From Octopus sinensis (Eukaryota): a stretch of DNA of 64,000 nt. Below the pieces are notes generated by a model that had not been told where the DNA came from, searched no databases, and worked only from the letters and a program-made list of their open reading frames with translations. Where the stretch lies: NCBI RefSeq assembly GCF_006345805.1, contig NC_043026.1, positions 5,518,001 to 5,582,000 on the forward strand. The letters are read 5' to 3'. Position 1 is the first letter of the stretch, and each line of letters starts with the position of its first letter. Below are positions 59,015-64,000 of the stretch, piece by piece. Both the position numbers and the translations under genes were made by a program.

Positions 59015-59249
59015 GATAATAAGACCGTTTACAGGGCTGAAACATATAAAAAAAATAAAAGAATCTAAAAGTAAACTGAAATCCATTTAGTTTATGAGCA
59101 CCTTCAACACTTAAAGCCAGTTCTGAGTTCTTCCGCCACACTGCTCCCCCCCCCACTACCACCACAGACAGCCGGAACCAACAACAGACACCACCCAGCT
59201 GCCAGCCAGTCTGTTTTCAAGGACATAATTTCTTCCAGCACCGTCGTTA

Positions 59250-59660
59250 TTACCACTACCACCACCACCACCACCACCACCACCAGTGCTATCACCACTG
59301 CCACTACTACAACCACTGCTATCACCACTACCACCATTGCTATCACCACCACCATCACTGCCACCTCCATCACCACCACCACCACAACCACCACCACCAT
59401 CACCACCACCACCACCACCACCAAAATCACCACTACAACCCCAGCCAACAACACCGCCACAACCACCATCACTACCAACCACCACCAATACCAACACCAT
59501 CACCCCCACCACAACCACCAACCACCACCACAATCACCACCATCACCACCACCACCAGTACCACCACCACAACCACCACCACCACCACCATCACCACCAC
59601 TAAAATCACCCCTACAACCCCAGCCAACAACACCACCACAACCACCATCACCCAGGGCAC
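59250..59660. repeat. (CAC)n-rich compound microsatellite
   Basis: Directly visible. Confidence 0.93.
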
Positions 59661-60112
59661 CACCCACAATATGCTGTGAGTGTGGCTGCAGAGATTAAGG
59701 GGTTAGGGCGGTGTTGAGTGCAGTTCAAGCACAATGATCTCATATTCAAAACCAGACACGGGGTGTCGATATCTCCCTCTTGGTGTTGGCGTATTAATAA
59801 ATTATATTAATACATACATTCAGAGATCAAATCCCACAGGAAGCTGGGGGGTGTGGTGTAAACTTCGACATTTACACCCCTGGAGTAGTTTGAAATCTTA
59901 AGAATTAATACAGATTCTGTAAATATAGGGTTTCCATTATTTCAGGACGTATACATATTGAATCCACAATAAACACCTCAGTCCCCACCACTTGGTACAG
60001 TACCAGTGTGTCTTCTAGTGTAGCCCTGGGCCAAACAAAGCCTTGTGAAGAGCTTTGTTCAGTGGAAACTGGAACGGTCCTCTGTGTGTGTGTGTGTGTG
60101 TATTTATATATA

Positions 60113-60710
60113 TATTTCTTTACTACCCACAAGGGGCTAAACACAGAGGGGACAAACAAGGACAGACAAACGGATTAGGTCGATTATATCGACCCCAGTG
60201 CGTAACTGGTGCTTAATGTATCGACCCCGAAAGGATGAAAGGCAAAGTCGACCTCGGCGGAATTTGAACTCAGAACGTAACGGCAGACGAAATACCTATT
60301 TCTTTACTACCCACAAGGGGCTAAACACAGAGGGGACAAACAAGGACAGACATAGGGATTAAGTCGATTACATCGACCCCAGTGCGTAACTGGTACTTAA
60401 TTTATCGACCTCGAAAGGATGAAAGGCAAAGTCGACCTCGGCGGAATATGAACTCAGAACGTAACAACAGACGAAATACCTATTTCTTTACTATCCACAA
60501 GGGGCTAAACACAGAGAGGACAAACAAGGACAGACAAACGGATTAAGTCGATTACATCGACCCCAGTGCGTAACTGGTGCTTAATTTATCGACCCCTAAG
60601 GATGAAAGGCAAAGTCGACCTGGGCGGAATTTGAACTCAGAACATAACGGCAGACGAAATACGGCTACGCATTTCGCCCGGCGTGCTAACGTTTCTGCCA
60701 GCTCGCCGCC
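60113..60710 (-). mobile_element. SINE family D trimer
   Basis: Same junction at 60297 and 60481. Confidence 0.9.
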
Positions 60711-60817
60711 CAATATATATTTATATATATACTCTCTTTTACTCTTTTACTCGTTTCAGTCATTTGGTCGTGGCCATGCTGGAGCACTGCCTTTAGTCGA
60801 GCAAATTGACCCCAGTC

Positions 60818-61082
60818 GGAGGATCGCAGTTTTGATTCCCAGACCAGGCGTTGTGTGTGTTTATTGAGTGAAAACCCCTAAGGGTCCACGAGGCTCTTGC
60901 AGGGTGTGGTGGCGACCCCTGTTGTACTCTTTCGCCCCAACTTTCTCTCACTCTTTCTTCCTGTTTCTTGAGTAACGCTGCGATGGACTGGCATCCCGTC
61001 CAGCTGTGGGGAACACATACGCCACAGAAACTGGGAAACTGGGCCCATGATCCTGGCTAGGCTTGAAATGGGCGTATAAATA
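60818..61082 (+). mobile_element. SINE-C body joined to tail type 3
   Basis: Body matches 10150-10300; tail matches 12185-12275. Confidence 0.75.
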
Positions 61083-61097
61083 AAGAATATATATATA

Positions 61098-62101
61098 TAG
61101 GTGCAGGAGTGGCTGTGTGGTAAGTAGCTTGCTTACCAACCACATGGTTCCGGGTTCAGTCCCACTGCGTGGCACCTTGGGCAAGTGTCTTCTACTATAG
61201 CCTCGGGCCGACCAAAGCCTTGTGAGTGGATTTAGTAGACGGAAACTGAAAGAAGCCCGTCGTATATATGTATATATATATGTGTGTGTGTGTCTGTGTT
61301 TGTCTCCCTAGCATTGCTTGACAACCGATGTTGGTGTGTTTACGTCCCCGTTACTTAGCGGTTCGGCAAAAGAGACCGATGGAATAAGTACTGGGCTTAC
61401 AAAAGAATAAGTCCCGGGGCCGAGTTGCTCGACTAAAGGCGGTGCTCCAGAATGGCTGCAGTCAAATGACTGAAACAAGTAAAAGAGTAAAAGAGTAAAT
61501 ATTCATATATATATATATATATATATGTGGCCCATATTTGAATTCTGATCTACTTTCCAATACAATCGACAGCTTTCCAAATGTTCTGTGCCAGTTTTTG
61601 TAAAATTCATTTAATAATCCTAGTAAATATCATCTTTCAAAAACTGAGTTGTATTACGCACTTATTGTATAGGCGTATAGAGCAGCGTTTTGTAACTCTT
61701 CATAGCTCGGTACTTTTCTTTCGCGAAAGAACCATGTTACAAGTGACCCTTTGACATTTATTGTAAAAACATAAGGAACGGGGGTTTTTGTGGACCCGGC
61801 TTTGCTGTCCTGTGGTTTCTTTCAGATTTTAGTTTCACTGTGTGGCAGCTTGGGCGAGTGTGTTCGACAATAGCCTCAGACCAACCAAAGCCTTGTGAGT
61901 GGTTTTGGCAGATGGAAACTGAAAGAAGCCTGTTGTGTGTGTGTGTATTTGTGTCTGTGTGGTAAGTAGCTTGCTTACCAACCATATGGTTCCGGGCTCA
62001 GTCCCACTGCGTGGCACCTTGGGCAAGTTTCTTCTACTATAGCCACAGACCAACCAAAGCCTTGTGAGTGGTTTTGGTAGACGGAAACTGAAAGAAGCCT
62101 C

Positions 62102-62136
<35 letters not shown>

Positions 62137-62684
62137 TTGTGTCTGTGTGGTAAGTAGCTTGCTTACTAACTACATGGGTCTGGGTTCAGTCCCATTGCGT
62201 GGAACCTTGGGCAAGTGTCTTCTACTATAGCCTCAGGACGACCAAAGCCTTGTGAGTGGATTTGGTAGACGGAAACTGAAAGATGCCTGTTGTGTGTGGT
62301 GTGTGTGTGTGTGTGTGGTGTGTGTGCGCGCGCGTGTGTGTGTATGTATTTGTGTCTGTGTTTGTTTCCAACCACTGCTTGACAACTGGTGTTGGTGTGT
62401 TTACATCCTTGTCACTTAGCAGTTTGACAAAAAGAGAGCGATAGAATAAGTACCAGATTTTTTTTTTAAATAAGCACTAGGAGCAATTTGTTCAACTGAA
62501 ATTATGTGACTGTGTGGTAAGTAGCTTGCTTACCAACCACATGGTTCCGGGTTCATTCCCACTGCATGGCACCTTGAGCAAGTGTCTTCTACTATAGCCT
62601 CGGGCCGACCAAAGCCTTGTGAGTGGATTTGGTAGACGGAAACTGAAAGAAGCCCATCGTATCTGTGTGTGTGTGTGTGCGTGT

Positions 62685-62731
<47 letters not shown>

Positions 62732-62945
62732 GTGTCTGTCTTTGTCTCCCAACCATCACTTGTTAACCTATGTTGGTGTGTTCACATCCCCCATAGCTTA
62801 AAGGTTTGGTAAAAGAGACCGATAGAATAAGTACCAGGCTTACAAAGAATGAGTCTTGGGGTGGATTTCTCTGACTAAAACCCTTTAAGGCAGTGCTCCA
62901 GCATGGCCACAGTCAAATGACTGAAACATGTAAAAGAGTAAATAC
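61098..62945 (+). mobile_element. SINE-A cluster: full copy 61098-61500, head trimer 61840-62330, copy 62505-62945
   Basis: Repeated tgtggtaagtagcttgctta heads. Confidence 0.85.
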
Positions 62946-63165
62946 TGATTGTTTACATTATTTACATTTGACGTATATTTGTCCTCATCTTATTTATTAA
63001 CACGTTTCGGCTGATATACCCTGCCGCCTTCATCAGGTGTATTGGGGAAATTTCGAACCTGGGTCCTCTTTCCTTTCGATGTTGTTGTTGTTATCATCAT
63101 CATCATCATCATCATCATCATTATTATTATTAGTAGTAGTAGTAGTAGTATTCAGTTCTATATAA

Positions 63166-63199
<34 letters not shown>

Positions 63200-63269
63200 T
63201 TATTATTATTATTATTATTATAATCATTATTATTCAGCTTACTGCTTGGATTTGAACTCAGAATCTTGT

Positions 63270-63590
63270 ACGTGAATAAAACATTAGAGCGAGGTCGTTG
63301 CCAGTGCCACTGGTTGGCTCCTGTGCAGGTGGCACGTAAAAAACACCATTTGAGCGTGGCTGAGCCAGTACCGCCTGACTGATCCTCATGCCAGTGGCAC
63401 GTAAAAAGCACCCACTACACTCTCGGAGTGGTTGGCGTTAGGAAAAGGCATCCAGCTGTAGAAACTCTGCCAGATCAAGACTGGAGCCTGGTGCAGCCAT
63501 CTGGTTCGCCAGTCCTCAGTCAAATCGTCTAACCCATGCTAGCATGGAAAGTGGACGTTAAACGATGATGATGATGATGATGATGATGAT
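63270..63590 (+). mobile_element. RTE 3' UTR copy
   Basis: Conserved end and (GAT)n tail. Confidence 0.85.
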
Positions 63591-63629
63591 GACACACATA
63601 TATATATACACACACACATACATATATAT

Positions 63630-63723
<94 letters not shown>

Positions 63724-64000
63724 CACACAGCCACGGTCTTGGTGCCCAAATCTTGAATTGAAAGACTTCACCAGGTGGTGCTATTAAGTTAGATATGGCC
63801 TGGGCCAGTACTAGCCAAAACCTTTCTAAGTTATTCCAAGTTATATATATATGTATGCATGTATGTATATATATATATATATATATATAGAAATATATAT
63901 TATATATTATATAACCTCCCTGCTTCCTTTTCCTGAGCGCCTATTAATAATAATACTGTAATTGTTCCATTGTTGTTGTTTTTTTGTTTCCCGTTTGGAT

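Noticed and set aside
59104-59260. Signal-peptide-like MSLKTDWLAAGWCLLLVPAVCG on minus strand
   Set aside because: Stops after ~40 aa with no donor site and adjoins a (CAC)n tract; no support for a gene.

Overview
AT-rich, microsatellite-laden eukaryotic DNA. The repeat families and the gene sequence are most consistent with a coleoid cephalopod such as Octopus; this is an inference from recognition, not a database hit. One host gene can be fully reconstructed: CDC20/fizzy on the minus strand, with 8 coding exons (47299-47125, 44807-44538, 38473-38348, 36215-36019, 34802-34708, 32570-32210, 29070-28953, 26417-26236). All introns are GT-AG with compatible phases; the CDS is 1524 nt / 507 aa with C-box DRFIPNR, a MAD2-interacting motif, WD40 repeats and a terminal IR tail. 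A compact G2/M-type promoter (two strong CCAAT boxes 33 bp apart plus a CHR TTTGAA) lies about 9 kb upstream at 56343-56416, with a plausible non-coding first exon. The rest is mobile DNA and simple repeats: several tRNA-derived SINE families, 5'-truncated RTE LINEs (one family with a 61-bp VNTR in its 3' UTR, others ending in several C2H2 fingers), an R4/Dong-like fragment, Penelope-like fragments, non-autonomous Helitrons, TTAA/mariner/foldback MITEs, and tandem arrays built from retroposon pieces. There is a 100-N gap at 9411-9510. Almost all other ORFs in the supplied track are microsatellite or repeat artefacts. Best leads: (i) this CDC20 lacks canonical KEN and CRY degrons, has a shortened N-terminus with RRQRK in place of RWQRK, yet keeps the SP-M internal start site; (ii) the NF-Y/CHR promoter architecture; (iii) a templated local-DNA insertion inside a Helitron; (iv) LINE ends with multiple C2H2 fingers; (v) modular and multimeric SINEs; (vi) a dense hairpin cluster in the putative first intron.
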